A DNA stretch of 59,826 bases, counting the filler, from Bipalium vagum (Eukaryota): NCBI GenBank assembly GCA_037834085.1. It is 3 parts of 3 records of this genome, joined end to end, with 100 filler letters (N's around TTAATTAATTAA, not from the genome) between each part and the next. Parts side by side here need not be neighbours in the genome. Positions count along the whole stretch, not along the records: positions 1 to 18,985 come from JBBMKC010014029.1; 2 more parts are not named here. One strand, written 5' to 3'. The translations under genes were made by a program, and so were the position numbers. Below the pieces are notes generated by a model that saw nothing but the letters and a program-made list of their open reading frames with translations, had not been told where the DNA came from and made no database searches. Below, in pieces: positions 1 to 14,300 of this stretch (its first letter is position 1; every line of letters starts with the position of its first letter).

Positions 1-280
1 AGAAGATAATTGCAGAGTACATAAAAATTTGAAGATCTCAAAATTTATGACTGGTTCAAATATAAAAGTCATTGAATAGCCGGCGAGGAGTCCTGACTTA
101 AATATAGTCGAAGACATTTGGCACATGATACACAATTTAAAAATTGTTTGAATTTGGAAGAAAAAGTGATTAAAGTTATCAATCAAATTAATCTTTCATC
201 AAGATATGTTATTAAAAACCTCTATACAGAATATCGAAGTCGTCTTGTGGAAGTCTTAAAAAACATGGAAATTTATTAAA
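1..280 (+). mobile_element. Tc1-family (DD34E) transposase C-terminal remnant, truncated by window edge
   Basis: Translation gives EDNCRVHK...E*PARSPDLNIVEDIWHMI, matching the Tc1 QDN..H / WPxxSPDLNPIExxW motifs; contains stops and frameshifts. Confidence 0.75.
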
Positions 281-476
281 TAAATAAACTTTGATGGCTT
301 TACTTAGTTGTTGCCAAAAATTATGAATTTATTGTTTTTATATATTTTTAAAGAGTTTTGAAATTTCTATAATAACTAAGATTTAAAATAAAATTAATTT
401 TGTGTTATAATTTTGCTTACTTCAAACATCACTTCACCTATATAAATACTCGTAAATAATAATAATATTGAAAAAT

Positions 477-2319
477 TTAAACGAAAATATGGAAACTGCC
501 AAAAATTATGCATATTAGTATATTTACATATGATTCAAATAAACCTTTTTTAGTTTTCTCAAAATGTTCTATTTCATAAATTTCTAACAATTGATATCTT
601 TTTTCTATTGTTTTTTTAATTTCAATAGTTGTCCAACTTTTTATTATTGATCTTTCTTCATCATTATGTTTAAATTTTTCTTGTTTAAAATTATAACATA
701 TTTTACACTTTTTAGCATGATTAAAATCATAATTTTTACACAAATATAACAAGAATTTATTAGATGACCTAAATTTTGAGAATTAGGACAATAATTATTT
801 TTAATAAAGTGATTACATTTTATATTTATCTTTTCTATACAAGATTTACATAAACGAAATACTAATTTATGTGCATTATCTATATCTAGCTTATAAGGTA
901 AAACAGGTAATAATAATTTTCTTGGAGGTAAGAATTTACATTTTATAATTTCAAGATATCGATTACTAGTTAGTATTTAATTGATATATTCTACTTAAAT
1001 AACAAATATTTTTATAGGATAATCAATAGGATATTCATCATATTTATTTACAGTAGGATATAATGAAGCAAAATCTACATATTTAACCTTTTTATTTTCA
1101 CTTCTAAAATATAATTGTATTGGTTCAGTTCTTCCTCCATCAAATGCATCTTGAGGTTTTAGTTTAAGCAAGCAAGGATTAACTTTCAAATACTTAAAAT
1201 TAGAATTTTTAAAAATTTCTTGTTCAAATTTACACTCCTATAATTCTATGTATTGTATTTTTAAGTTATTATCTTGAAAATATTTTATAATATAATTATT
1301 TTTTCTAATGTTCGATTAAATAATGCTTCGATTGATTTATAACCTTTTTACATATTTATTTTCTATCATAATATTTAAGACAACTATGAAAATAACAGAC
1401 ATTAAATTCATAGATATAATGTGTTTTGGATTTTTCATGAAAATAATGGCCATTTAATTTATATTTACTAATATTTTTTTCCTCCGTTTATTGCATGTTG
1501 AATTTTTATGTTATTAATTTTAGATAAATATGAATACATTTATAAGAATAAACATCATTAAAATCATTTAATCTTGGAATACCAATTTCTTCACTGTTTA
1601 TCATTGACATAAATATTTAGTACAACCTTGTGAACATGTTATATATTGAAAAGGATCCATATTCAAAATTTGGTTGTTAGTTAACTTTTTATTAAAAAAA
1701 ATTTCTATCTATTAAACAATCTTTTGTTAAAATCTTTTGGTTACAATCTCTTGTTAAAAAAAATAATAAAACATTTGAATAGAAAAATTAAAGACTTCAT
1801 TATTTCTTATTTTTTCAGCTGTCTGATTTTGAATTTTCGATTAATATTTCTTTTGAAAAATATCTAATATATTTTCAGTTGTTAAAATTTTTAAATTTTC
1901 TGTTTTAAGAGTAAAAACAATAATTGAATTATGCTGTATTTTAAAATATATTTTTCTTTTATTATCATTTACTATAGCATAATTCATTTCATGATAACCA
2001 GCATTTTCTTGAGTAGTTTCAAAATCAAAAAAATATATTTATCACTTTGTTTAAATTTATTTCCATTATTTTCTAAATAACATTTATGCTGATTAAAAGG
2101 AGATTTATAACGTTCATTACAAATTGGACAATTTTTAAAATTACATTTATATTGATAAGAGCTAAAATATTCTTCACCACAGTCTTGACATATTTTAGAA
2201 CTTCGATAAATAATTATATTATCTTTTTTGCATGTACAGTCAAACCTGTATATTTTGCCACCTTTATAATTTGCCACCCTCTCTAATTTACCACTATATT
2301 TTTTCAGTATAAAAAACAT
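477..2319 (-). mobile_element. Polinton/Maverick-type protein-primed DNA polymerase B pseudogene (relic 1)
   Basis: Fragments in pPolB order: Cys-rich N-region (CQDC..CPIC..HKCY), MDPFQYITCSQGC (~1622-1660), YEFNVCYFHSC (~1380-1415), DAFDGGRTE and YVDFASLYPTVNKYDEYP (ORF 995-1189), WTTIEIKKTIEKRYQLLEIYEIEHF..LFESYVN (ORF 477-752). Many frameshifts and stops. Confidence 0.85.
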
Positions 2320-2508
2320 AACAATGTATTTTTAAAATTTATCAGAATCAATTTTTGAAAAATTTGGGTTATAAAAATCTAAATCAATTATATGAAAATA
2401 TGAATTTATTTTGCATTTTGTTGATGTTGTTTATATGAATTATATGAGTTTATATGAAATTGAAAATTTTAAAATTTTTATTTATACAATCTATACGACA
2501 AAGAACAA

Positions 2509-3153
2509 TGACGAAGAAAAAGAATCCAGGCGTTTAAATGCAAATAAAAAAAAATCATTGATTACTCAGAAAATAACCCGAAGTTAACAGATATCAGAAT
2601 CGCTAATATATTTTTTGAGAAAGTTAAAACTATAATTAAAAGAAGATAATTTTAAATTAGAAATTCTATGAAAGCTATTTTTAAGATAAGTTCCATAAAT
2701 CCTTATCTCACTAATAATCCCAAAGAAAGAAAATATGAATCAGTTAACAAAACACTTTATGACTGGATTTCAAGAATTGAAATTTATAACGAGAAGATTA
2801 TTAAAGAAAGAGCTTTATGTATAGCTTAAACATGTGGTTTAACTACTTACAAGGCTTCTAATGACTGGCTTCAAAGCTTCAAATCTGTATATGGAATTAA
2901 TTCTAAGACTTTATCAGTGGAGACATCGAACAAATCTTTTAAAGATTATGAAGACTATTACAATTTGATTCATGAAAATGTGGAAACTACGACCAAATCC
3001 ACAAGGAGCGGAGTTCAAGATCAGTACAATTCCAAATCCATAAATTGATTGTGATCCTTCTGTGTTTAAATTGATTTTTTTGAAACTTAAAAACTTATAA
3101 TAGTGATCATCCTTCTGTGTTTTATTTTTTTTATTGTTACGTGTCATGTTGTT

Positions 3154-3187
<34 letters not shown>

Positions 3188-3800
3188 AAATATATATATA
3201 ATTATATAATTAATTATAATTAATCATTTTAAAAAACGAAATATATCAGTCAAATTCGATATCACCTTTGTTACTAATCGATTTACTTTATCAAATTTGA
3301 ATACAAGTATTAAACCGAACCTTTTTTCTCAGTTAATTCAATTAAATCGAACACAATCTAAAGCAACCTTCAACCATTGAAACATAACAGTTAATTAAGC
3401 TCCGACTTTAACATCTATTCTTTTTAACATCCAAAACTTAGGATCTTAACAAAAAGATTAATATGTATGATCCCGATTACATATTTAATTGTGATGAAAC
3501 TGCTCTATTCTTTAAACAATCTCTTTTAAAAATTCATGTCGAATACTAGAAAAGAAATAAAAAAATTCAAGGTAACAGTATTGTTATGCACAAACATGAC
3601 AGGATCTATCAAAATGAAGCCATTAGTTATCGAAAATTTTTTCATTAAAACACTTTAACTATTCTGAAATCTGTGACAATTATTTTAATAAAGCAGAATG
3701 AATGAAAACAATTATTTTTAATGAATGGTTGATAAAATTTGATGGCTTGCAGAGAAATAAAAAATTAAAAAATACTTCTTATTTTAGACAATTTTTTACT
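2509..3800 (+). mobile_element. pogo/Tigger transposase relic (CENP-B HTH + DDE_1), interrupted by a ~480 bp insertion
   Basis: KYESVNKTLYDW...YKASNDWLQSFKSVYGI (HTH, ~2730-2900); IFNCDETALFFKQ (3481); KVTVLLCTNMTGSIKMKPLVI (~3570); LLILDNF (~3776). Stops and frameshifts throughout. Confidence 0.85.
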
Positions 3801-6800
3801 GTTGATGATTTGTTGATACAGAAATTTGACATTGATCAGAAAAAATATATTTATTGATATCAGTTATTTTTTGTTTTTTAAGTAAATTGAAAAGATTGTC
3901 ACATTAGATGATAAAATTTTGATATTTTGGTAACTATAGAAAGTGAAAATTCTCAAAACTTTGTATTTCCAATAGATCTTTCATTTTGAAATTTCGTCAG
4001 AAATTATATTACTCTTACAAAATTCTTTATCCAACTTCTATTTCATTTAAAATACTTCAAGATAAAAGTGATGCAGCACGTGTGAAATGATTCTTTAAAA
4101 ATAATTTTTAAAAACTCACTTTTTGTGTTATAAAAAGTCCATATTCCACCATCAATGAAATATTCATTATTATAACCATACAACATAAGTTTTGTATTAT
4201 AGACTCAAGATCAAAGGGCGATAAAAGAGGATATAATCTTCTAATTCCCATAATGAGATATAATGAATAGATATGCTACAACATCTTTGTTCATTAATAA
4301 TGCTGAGTATCAATTAAATTTTCAATTGAATCTGGATTGTAGTTATGTAATCAACAAAACTGTCAAATAAATTCTAAAAAGACATCAACATCGTGCTAGA
4401 TTCCAATAAGAAAACTATTGAAGTAAAGGAAAAAGTGAGTGAAATTTAAAATCCTGGTAGTAATTCGGAAAACTGTCCTGCGGTTCAGCCGCTTACCACT
4501 TTTAACACTGGTATCAAACCAAATGAATTGAAAGCTAAGACATTTGTCGAACTTACGTTACCTGAAAACTGAAATAGCACTAACCGGTGGATTGATAAAT
4601 TACTTCCCAGATGAATATGATGACGAAGATGAAGAAGATCCCGATTATGATTTAGATTTTTAAGAAAATTATTGAATAATACAACTTGATCAGATCGGAG
4701 ACATGGAAATATCTGCTCGGTCTATTATTAAAATTTAACATTTAAATAAATTTTAGTGGTTTTTATTCATTTTATTTATTTTTATTAAAATTAAATTTTG
4801 ATTAGTTAATATATTAGTAAATATTATTAGATTAAAAAAATTGAGGTTTTCAGAAGGCGTATTTGACCTATTTCAACAAATATCAGAATGGTGATTTTAT
4901 GTGAAACTAATCCAAAATGACTAATAAAATAAGAAAGTTGAGTTTTAAAAAAATTAAAAATATGTTTATGATATTAAATTTAATTTCGGTTAATTTTGGA
5001 TTTCCATTGAATGTAAAAAATACTGACTCCAGATAAAAATGAAACTTTAGAAGATAGTTAATAAAAATTAAAAGATTTTATAAAAGTATTGTATTATTTC
5101 CTATGAAATATTGGGCATTTATTTTGTGAAATGTGAAAAAACCAATTGAAATATGAATTAAAATAATTTTTCTTGGTTTTGTCCTTCGCCATTTCCAACA
5201 CCTTGATTTTGTCTGTAGTTTTCTGCGGAATATATATATATATACTTTTTAGTCATTATTTATTTTTAAATTTCTTTAGAGTTCAGGAATCAAAGGAGTA
5301 AATGGTTTACCTTAACAACTTACTGATGGTCAAAAAAAGAAGATTATTATCCGTTTTTAAACGATAAAGAGAATCAAAGAAGCATTATTTAGAGTGATTC
5401 AAGAGAAATTCCATAAATTAAGAATACAGATCAAAATTCTATGCCATATAATTGAAAAAAAGACTCAGAATAGACCTAACAAAAATTGAGGCAATCAGAA
5501 CGTTTCACAGGTCGAAATATATGTTATGTTTTTAAAAGCGGTGTTTACTGTTAGTCGTTTTAAACCTTGGAAGTTCTTTCAAAAACTCAATGTAGCTCGT
5601 ATTAATATCAGAAGGATTTTAAAGAGTGTAACGTTCGGTTTAGGTAAAAGGCTGAGTTTACAGATATTTTTATTTTAAATCAACTGGATGACTTTAATGT
5701 ATTTGCAATTATGAATCAAAACGTAATCGTAAAATATAAAAATGATATTCACTAAGTCAAAGCAAAACAATTAAATAGTATTAATTTAAAAATTATATTT
5801 TTTGTTAATTCAAAAACGTTTACAAAACTTTGTTGAACAAAATAAATTTCAAAATTATTATTAAAGATAAGTCCCGGAAAAGTCAGATTATACTCTTTGC
5901 TAGCCTAGCTTAAAGAGTCCTCAAAATCAAAAAACGCTCCTCCGCCCTACCTGACGTCGAGGAAGCAAAAAGGTTATAAGGGAGAACAAGTAAACTATTT
6001 TGATGTTGGAATAACAATTGGGAATCTATCCAATTGTTTAATTTCTTTTTTTGATTTTAAAGATAATTTAAGAATAATTACAATAGTCAATTTGTAATCA
6101 AATTGATATTGTGAATTATAAATTTGAAAATAAAAAATATAAAAATATAATAACTTTTTGTATAAAGGTGTTATCTCGTAATCGAAATACCCTTTTTTAT
6201 AATTGGATTGATGCTTTATGATCCTTCCTGGTAGCTTGATGTTGGTATATAGCAATGGATTTCGTCAATGAGGCTTCTATTTGTCCGTCAACAATTTATT
6301 TCGTCTCGTGAATGGAATTCTAGAGCTGATCCTTTGTTCAGTTTGATCGTCAAGTTTCAGTTGTTTTTGATTTTGTATTTGTCCCTTTTGTTACTCTTTC
6401 AATCGCTCGTTCTTTTTCTTTTTCTCCTGTCTTCTTTTATTTGTAGAATGTCAACTGTTTATATAGAGTTTCGCTTTGCTGTATCGTATCCAATTTCTTA
6501 TTGGTTTGACAACAGAGGTGGTATTTGATCTCTTTAAATAAAGAATTGAGAATTTAATTTCTTCTGACTGAATATGATCTAATTTCAACTGCGTTTGATG
6601 TTTTATTGCTTCGTACTACATTTACTCTTATCGTTTTTTGTGCGCTTTGTAATTATAAGCGACTTCATTTATAATAGAAATTTTTTTTTAAATTTATAAT
6701 TAGTAATCCGAATTTACTAATTTTAGTTTTTTATATATTAATTTTTTATTATTTATTATGGATTAAAATTTTTATTTTCAGTAATTATTTTTACTGAAAT

Positions 6801-7194
6801 TTTTAAATTTAGTATCATTTTAATTTATGTACTAATTTTTTATAGATATTAATTATATTTTATTTATTTTATATTTTTATAATTTTTTGGGATTTATCAA
6901 TATAATACATTTCACATATTTTACATGCATGCAAAAATAAAAAGTTCTTTCAAATTATATATGCACATAAAAAGATTGTATGGATCACAAAGATATTTTT
7001 TACAAATGTTTTTTACAGTGTTAATATAAAATGTTTTTTAAGAATTAATTCCGTTTCTCTTCTCCTGAAAGTCCTGAAAGTTTGTCTTTACCTGGGATTC
7101 CCCACATACATATGAGAAACTTATGAAAGAAATTTATCTGGAAATGTGTTTACACAGAAAACTTCTTAAAGTTAAAATATAACAAATCACGAAT

Positions 7195-7400
7195 GAATAT
7201 ATCCAATTTGTAGTTCTTAACACCAAAGACTGATTATTTCAATAAATGTTTTGTTGCTTTTTCGATGTTCAAATTTTTAATGGAAAAGGCACTTACGGCT
7301 TCATCGTCGTTAAAACCCATCTGTTTCAACTTTTCGACATCTTTCTCAAATAAAGTAAATGTTTAACTGTTTTGGAAAACAATTCCCTATCATTGACATT
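7195..7400 (-). pseudogene. UBE2K: UBE2K (E2-25K/Ubc1) 3' pseudogene fragment: last E2 helix, UBA domain and 3' UTR
   Basis: Minus strand reads NDRELFSKTVKH..FEKDVEKLKQMGFNDDEAVSAFSIKNLNIEKATKHLLK* (stop 7234-7236). Coding end and UTR (gtctttggtgttaagaa) match the copy at 40670-41000. Confidence 0.75.
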
Positions 7401-7423
7401 GTGAGATAAAATGAAAATTAGTC

Positions 7424-7496
7424 GGAAAATGTGGCTCAGCGGTCAGAGCAGTCCGTGCGTATGTGAATGGTCCAGGGTTTAATCCCGATATCTCCA
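7424..7496 (+). pseudogene. Degenerate tRNA (Ala-like) pseudogene or tRNA-derived SINE head
   Basis: 73 nt, GGAAAATGTGGCTCAGCGGTCAGAGCA...GGTCCAGGGTTTAATCCCGATATCTCCA. Has an A box (TGGCTCAGCGG), a mutated B box (GGTTTAATCC) and ends in ATCTCCA like tRNA-Ala; acceptor and anticodon stems are mismatched. Confidence 0.65.
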
Positions 7497-8078
7497 ATTA
7501 ATTTTCAACTAATAGAGATAAAAGAAAATTAATTGATTAATGTAACTCAATGTTAATTATTACTTTTGCAAAAATAAGCGTTATTACTTTGTTACGAATT
7601 TCACTCGAGTCCCTTACAGGTCGCAAAAGTCTACAAGAATCTTGTCAACTCTTATTGGCTAAAAAATAAAAATATCAATTACCTTCAAATAAATACGCAA
7701 ATTAACCTGTGCTAAATTGTACTTGATTTGATTGAAACTTTTTTTAAAATGATGTAAAAAATTGTTCTTAACATATAACATTATGTTCGTAAGAAATTTG
7801 TTGCACTACATAATATATTTTAATAATTTGAAAAAAATATTTCATTAAAACAATTATTTTCTTAAAATAATTTTACTGTTTCTTTTAAAATATAGATTAT
7901 CTATTTTGCATATTTATATATACTCATGGGTTTTAATAAGTATTTTCTGTGCGTTTTTGAGCATGATTTTCAAAATGAACTTTATGTATATTTTCAGTAA
8001 TTTTTTCAGATGTCATAGTAATAAATAAAATCAATTATTTATTGATTTAAATTTTAAACTATTAATTGAAATTTATTT

Positions 8079-8307
8079 ATGAATAATGTGTTAAAGTTTC
8101 AATATACTTTTGGATTAATTGTGTTTTACAAGTGTTTATCCGTTGTAACTGGTGCGAATGAATGCATCGATAACATCGGTATTGTAAGAGGTGCTGGTAC
8201 TACATGGAAATCTAACGGTTGTGACTGTAAGTGCACATTCAGTAATAAATTTCGTCAAAATATCGCGACTTGCATTCCATGTAAAGGAATAGAAAATAGA
8301 GAAACCG
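8079..8307 (+). CDS. Exon 1: signal peptide + VWC-like Cys module
   Basis: MNNVLKFQYTFGLIVFYKCLSVVTG/ANECIDNIGIVRGAGTTWKSNGCDCKC...TCIPC. The C..G..W...C.C.C spacing resembles the N-terminal half of VWC; followed by a 47-nt intron. Confidence 0.8.
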
Positions 8308-11300
8308 GTTTCATTTCTATTTTTACCTTGAATCTATTCATTGTTTAATAAAAGGACATACGGTGACAGCAGCCGCTGATTCAGTGTATAACGTACATAA
8401 AGAGTTCCATATATTTTGTCAACCTTACCATCATAATATCTTACCTCACGTGGTATTGAATAGTACAGATTTTATAAGATTAAATGATCGTTGGGTAAAA
8501 AGTGGTGGACAGTTTCAAAGAAGAGGGGAAATAATGTGTGCATTTTGCTATACGAGATATTTCACTGGTGAACTTCGTTGTTATACTCCAATAAGTAAGA
8601 TTTCATTTTTAAAATAAGTTATACATATATTTGAATAAAAAGAAAATTATTTTATATTGATTTTAAACAAAAATATGATTTTTTTATCGAGCTGTAATTT
8701 ATTTTTAACATTTACAATAAAATGCATATTGAAAATTAAGAAGAAATTTTTTGAAATAAACGCATTTCAATAATTTTGTACAATTTTTTTCTAAATATTC
8801 CTTATCGTGAGACATGTTTCGAAATATTAACAGTTCGTCATCAGTCATTCATATTTAAAACTACAAATTTTAATTACCTAAACGGCGGTCTAATTTTTAA
8901 TTTAAATATTTAAATGGTGGAAATTATTATCTTATTTTAAAAATATTTTTATAATTAATCCAAGAATGCATTGACAATCTATTGGCTTCTTTTTTCTCCT
9001 GTTTGAATGTTCATTTGTTGCCACTCTTATTAATAACGATTCGCATGTCTTCGTTCATCGTTTTTATCAAAATTATTCATAGTTGCTCGAAATTCTTCTG
9101 CATTAACTTTACCTTTTCACACAACAAAATTCAAAGAATGATCATTAAAATTCATGTTCTAAAACATAGATTATCATTTTTATATTTAATTATATTAATA
9201 AAATAAGCAAATGTTATACAGAAAAATTTTATTTTCAACTATTTATTTATATACTCTTAACGTAATATATTTAAATATGAAAAAAACCCCGGTGTCAGTT
9301 AAATATTAGGTTGGTACATAAGTTCCCGCGTTTTAGAATTTTGCCATTCTTGCTATTTTTTAGCTATTTTTACTGAGCAAAAATAATTATTTTGAAAGCG
9401 CTTTTTTAAGCTACAAGCATGTAATCATTATTCATTCAATAACTTAATTATACATATATTTTTTAGCTCTACAAATGGATATTCCAGGCAGCGAAAAATT
9501 CATTTTCGGCATTTATTATATTTTGCCTTTTGCCATGGTCAGAAAGCTACAGAAGCAGCACGAGACATTTGTGAGGTGTATGGAGCTAATGCAATAGGTG
9601 CGAGGACCACTCAAGAATTGTACAACAAATTCAAAAAGGGTAATTTTGATCTCGAAGATAAATTTCGCTCTGGTCGACCATCCAAATTCGACGAAGAACA
9701 TCGCCAAACATCCAGAGAACTTGCTGAAAAAATTGGCTGCACTCATCCGACAATTCTCAGACACTTTCACTCGATCGCTTTTGAGCAAAAATTTGGAGCT
9801 TGGATACCTCATAAACTCAGCGACCAAGATAAAGAAAATCGCCTCCAAATCGCAGCACAATATCTTGCTCGACACCGAGAGACATGCAGCCACACGGAAC
9901 GATATCTGCAGAGAATCGTCACAGGAGACGAGAAATTCTGTCTCTACGTCATATGAGACAGAGGAAGGAGTGGGTAGTTAAAGGAGTCGGGCCTGACATA
10001 AGTAAAAAAAGAACTTAATCCAAAGAAAACAATGATATGTGTATGGTGGAACTGGGAGGGTTTAATGCACTGAGAAATACTTGAGAAAGATAAGACTATT
10101 AAATAAGAACTCTATGTAGCCCAGATGCAAAGAGCATCTTTAAGTTGCAAATATAATCCTTATGAGAACCATTATAGATGGGGACGATTTAAAATTAACG
10201 ATATCGATTTAAGTGGTTATTTTCGCAACATGAGGCGGTTTATAGAATAACCTTTGGCGAGACAAGAATTTATTTTGTGTACATTTCAACTAGTGTATTT
10301 GTTATGAAATATTTTTTTCTATATTTTGAAAAATTTTCTATATATTTTGAATATTTTTCTATATATTTCTGCATAACCCTGTATTTGAATAGTTATTTAT
10401 TTTACTTAAAATATTTTTAGTAATCACCCATGCCAAAAGGTGCTTACCTTACTGACGAAAAAATTAAAATTCGATTTTTAAAGAACATGAAATCTAAAAG
10501 AAAAATATCTCTTAATATTGATAGGTCTCAAAATGTCTATTAGAAATTTTAATAAAAAGGTGAACAATATGGTATAAAAAAGAAAACACGAAGAAAAATG
10601 AAGTTAACGGAAAGGCAAAAGAATCAAATCAAGTTGGAAGCAATGAAGAACTGTTTGAATAGTAACCAGATTAAGCATAAAATTAACATCTCAGTTACTA
10701 AAGAACACGTTACTCATATATTAAGAACATTACCTAACATAAATGAAAGAAAATGAAGATAAAACAAAGATTAAACCCAGTAAATATTGAAAGGTGGTTG
10801 GAGTTTGTAAAAAAAGGCATGTATTTGAAAGATGAATGGCAATCAGTAATTTTTCTGATGAGAAACAGTTCAACCTAAATGGTCCTGATTGTTCTACATG
10901 TTATTGGCGTAATTTAGAAGCAAACCAAAAAAAAATAGGACGAGAAGAGATTACGGTGGGTTAAATGTTATGATTTAGGGTGCTTTTAGCTGGTTACCAA
11001 TACGCAATATTTCCACACGAACAACTTCTAAATCATACACGGAAATGTTAGAAGATGGTTAAATCCCTTATTTGGAAAACAATGATGTTATTAATTTTAT
11101 TATCAACAAGATAACGCCCCCATACAAGTTTCACAACTGTCAAAGGCTTGATTTTCGTGCAAAGAAATTTTTTTAATTGAGTGGCCAACTTGCGATCCTA
11201 ATATAAACTCCTTCGGAAATCTTTGGGGAATATTATCTTCAAAAGTTTATCAAAATGGAAGACAGTTTCAGACTATTTCTGAAATAAAGCAATGTACCTT

Positions 11301-14300
11301 ATGGTATTGGGAGAAAATTGGCGATTCTATATTGAAAAATCTAGCCGGTTCAATGCCAAATAGAATTTTTAATTTAGTGAAATCCCAGGAAAAACTTAAA
11401 CATTAATAAAAAATATCAGATAACGAAGTTTTTTCGTTTTTTCAGTTGTTTAAATTTTTTAGCCACTGGGATTCTCATTTATCTACCGATTAAAATTTTC
11501 TTTTTTTAGTTTGCTGCTTAAACATGTGAGTTTCAAATTTTCTGTATAATTAATGTTACTAACCATTATTCTCTAGAAGAGGTGCTCCAAAAATTCGTTG
11601 GACAAATCAAATATTCGGGAAATTATTTATTACGAATGGAAAAAAAACACAAGCACAAATGAAACTGTCTCAAAACTTAACGAGGTGCTTGGTGAAAACA
11701 CAATTCAGCTGCGAACAGTGAAAAATTGGTTTAAAAAATTCAATAGTGGCGATTTTTCATTTGGAAGACAAAGAAAGGTCTGGAAGGCCAAAAGAGCTGG
11801 AGGATTATCAAATTATTATGGACAAAACAAATCAATTAGTGCTAAAAAATCGATTATAAGTTAAATAAGAAGCGATACACTCATAAGAAACTATCTGAAA
11901 GCGTTAGGATTCACTTGTAAACTCTAAAAATGGGTTCCCACCAACTAGCTGAAAAATACAAGTTGGATCGCATTGAAATTTGTTCAAGACTTCTCGAAAA
12001 AAACCGAAATGACCCTTTTCTCGACGGGATAGTCACTTGCGATGAAAAGTGGGTCTATCATGACAACATAACCAGACAAAGATCGTGGTCGTTGAAAGGA
12101 AAACCTTCGCAAAAATTGAAAAACGCAATCTTACACGAAACAAGGTTTTTTTATGTATTTGGTGGGATTATTTACCAGGAGTTTCTCAAATCCGGGGAAA
12201 CTATTAATTCTGATGTCTATTGTGACATGCTAAGAAGAGTTCATGCCATTATGAAGGAAAACCGGAGCAGTTTGATAAACCGAAAACAAGTGATTTTCCA
12301 CCAAGATAATGCCAAGTCTCACAAATCAATGAAGACATTGAAGGTTATTCAGGAATTGAACTGGACTCTAATGGAACATCCGCCATATAGTCCCGATATC
12401 GCCCCATCCGATTTTTATTTGTTCTGGGTATTACCTAATATTATTTATGTTATCTGTGTATATTTTTTATTAATAAAAGACTAATGCGCTTAAACGAATG
12501 TTTCTTTTTTGTGCTGTTTTCTATAAATATAGCGCTTTTCTTAACATAATATTCAGAAACATATTGGAAAACAAGATTTCCAAACAAAATTTTATCTCTG
12601 ATAATAATAATCGCAATAAAATATACTCAATTAATCAAGTGCGCTTAAACGAATGTTTACCAGTAAATATTGAAATTTAAAAGAAATGATGCTAGAATAG
12701 TTTAAATAAGTAATTCATTAAAATGTTATTAAAATCTACTAAATTATATATATATTTCAGCTTATGAACCAAAACTTGTACTTTCTGAATCTATTACTTA
12801 TTACGTTGTTGGCAAACCACTTACACTTAGGTGCTATGAAGAAAGGAAACCAAAAAAACTTGTTTTTAGAAAGGTTTTAATTAAAACAATGGCAGGAATT
12901 AATTCTGGCTATATAAACGGTGACAATGTAGGAGAAATATGTTTTGAATGCCATCATATTTGCACATGGTGTTTACCTATAAAAAAGACCAAACACTGTT
13001 TAAAACCGCATTGTTAGATGTTTAATAATTATTTGTATTTTTTATTATCGCAAATTATTTGATAATGATAACAAATTTAAAATACTGAAGAAATATAAAA
13101 ACTATTAATCTGAGTTTCCAAATTAAAATAATCAATAAAAAATAAGCCAGTTTCTAATCAATTAGATTTTTATGTTTAGAATAAATGCCTGAAGATTTAA
13201 ATTTTAAGTTAATATTTTAAAAAATTATTATTTATCATTTAATTAAAATAAATAAATACCAAAAATTTGATTATCGTCTCCAGTAGATTTTTTACGGTTA
13301 TTTACCAGTATTCTCATTTTGTGTTCTCTATTTAAAATTGGAATCGAATTTTTATCTGAGAGACCTTTACAGTTATAATAAGTAGTTCAAAAAATTAGTT
13401 TCGTTGAATTTTTTAAAATAAGGACCTCACGCGTAAATTAATGATTATTAAATGATTTTAATTTAAAGTTTTAAAAATTAATAAATTTTTTAAGTTTCAG
13501 TTTCTTAAATATTTTTTAATTACAATTTTAAATAAAATATGCAAGTGTTGGTAAATTTTTATTTATTTTTATTTTATTTATATTTTTTTAATTTTATTTA
13601 TTTAATTTAAAAAAAAAGTGATGTCCATGTTTGAAAAGTTTGTTTAAGTAATTAGCTTTAATGAAATATATTATTATTGATTTGATTTTATACTATTATT
13701 AAAAATGACAACACAAGAATATAACTGCAGCAAGATACGGAGGGATGACTTTTCTTTTCTAGTCCTGAATCATTCTTTTAAATTTGTAAAAATACTATTC
13801 GTTGTAAAAACTTAATAAAAAATTTTTGTAAAATTCTAAATCTGCTGAAGTTTAAGGTTTAACTGATTCACTATTTATTTCTTAAACTATTGATTTATTA
13901 TTTGAATTTTATTTTTCATCGATTTAGTGTTAAATAAAAATTTATTATTTATTGCTATAAAATAAAGTATTAAATTTAAATATTTAAAAAATTTCCTTCT
14001 GATAGTAATATTGCTTGATTGGTTTTTAATTACTATCAATGCTTTTAAATTAACATTTATGATCTTGAATTTTAATTTTATCAACGAGTTATTTTTCATA
14101 TTATTAGGATTATTGTTATTATTATCATTTTTCTTCTTGGGAAACCAGAAACGCATAAATTTCCTAAATAAGTGCTAAATTTTTTTTGCAAAACAGTGCA
14201 AATTATTATTTTTAAAAATGCAATTACTCTATAAATATTGCAAAATTACTGAAAATTATTTATTTAAACCCATTATTTAAAATTGTAGGTTTTAATATTC

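Noticed and set aside
5880-6660. Possible retroelement or gene remnant (ORFs 5995-6255 and 6268-6528)
   Set aside because: No diagnostic motif, and no splice structure linking it to a gene.
7424-7496. Functional tRNA gene
   Set aside because: Acceptor and anticodon stems are mismatched and the T-loop is mutated; reported only as a relic.
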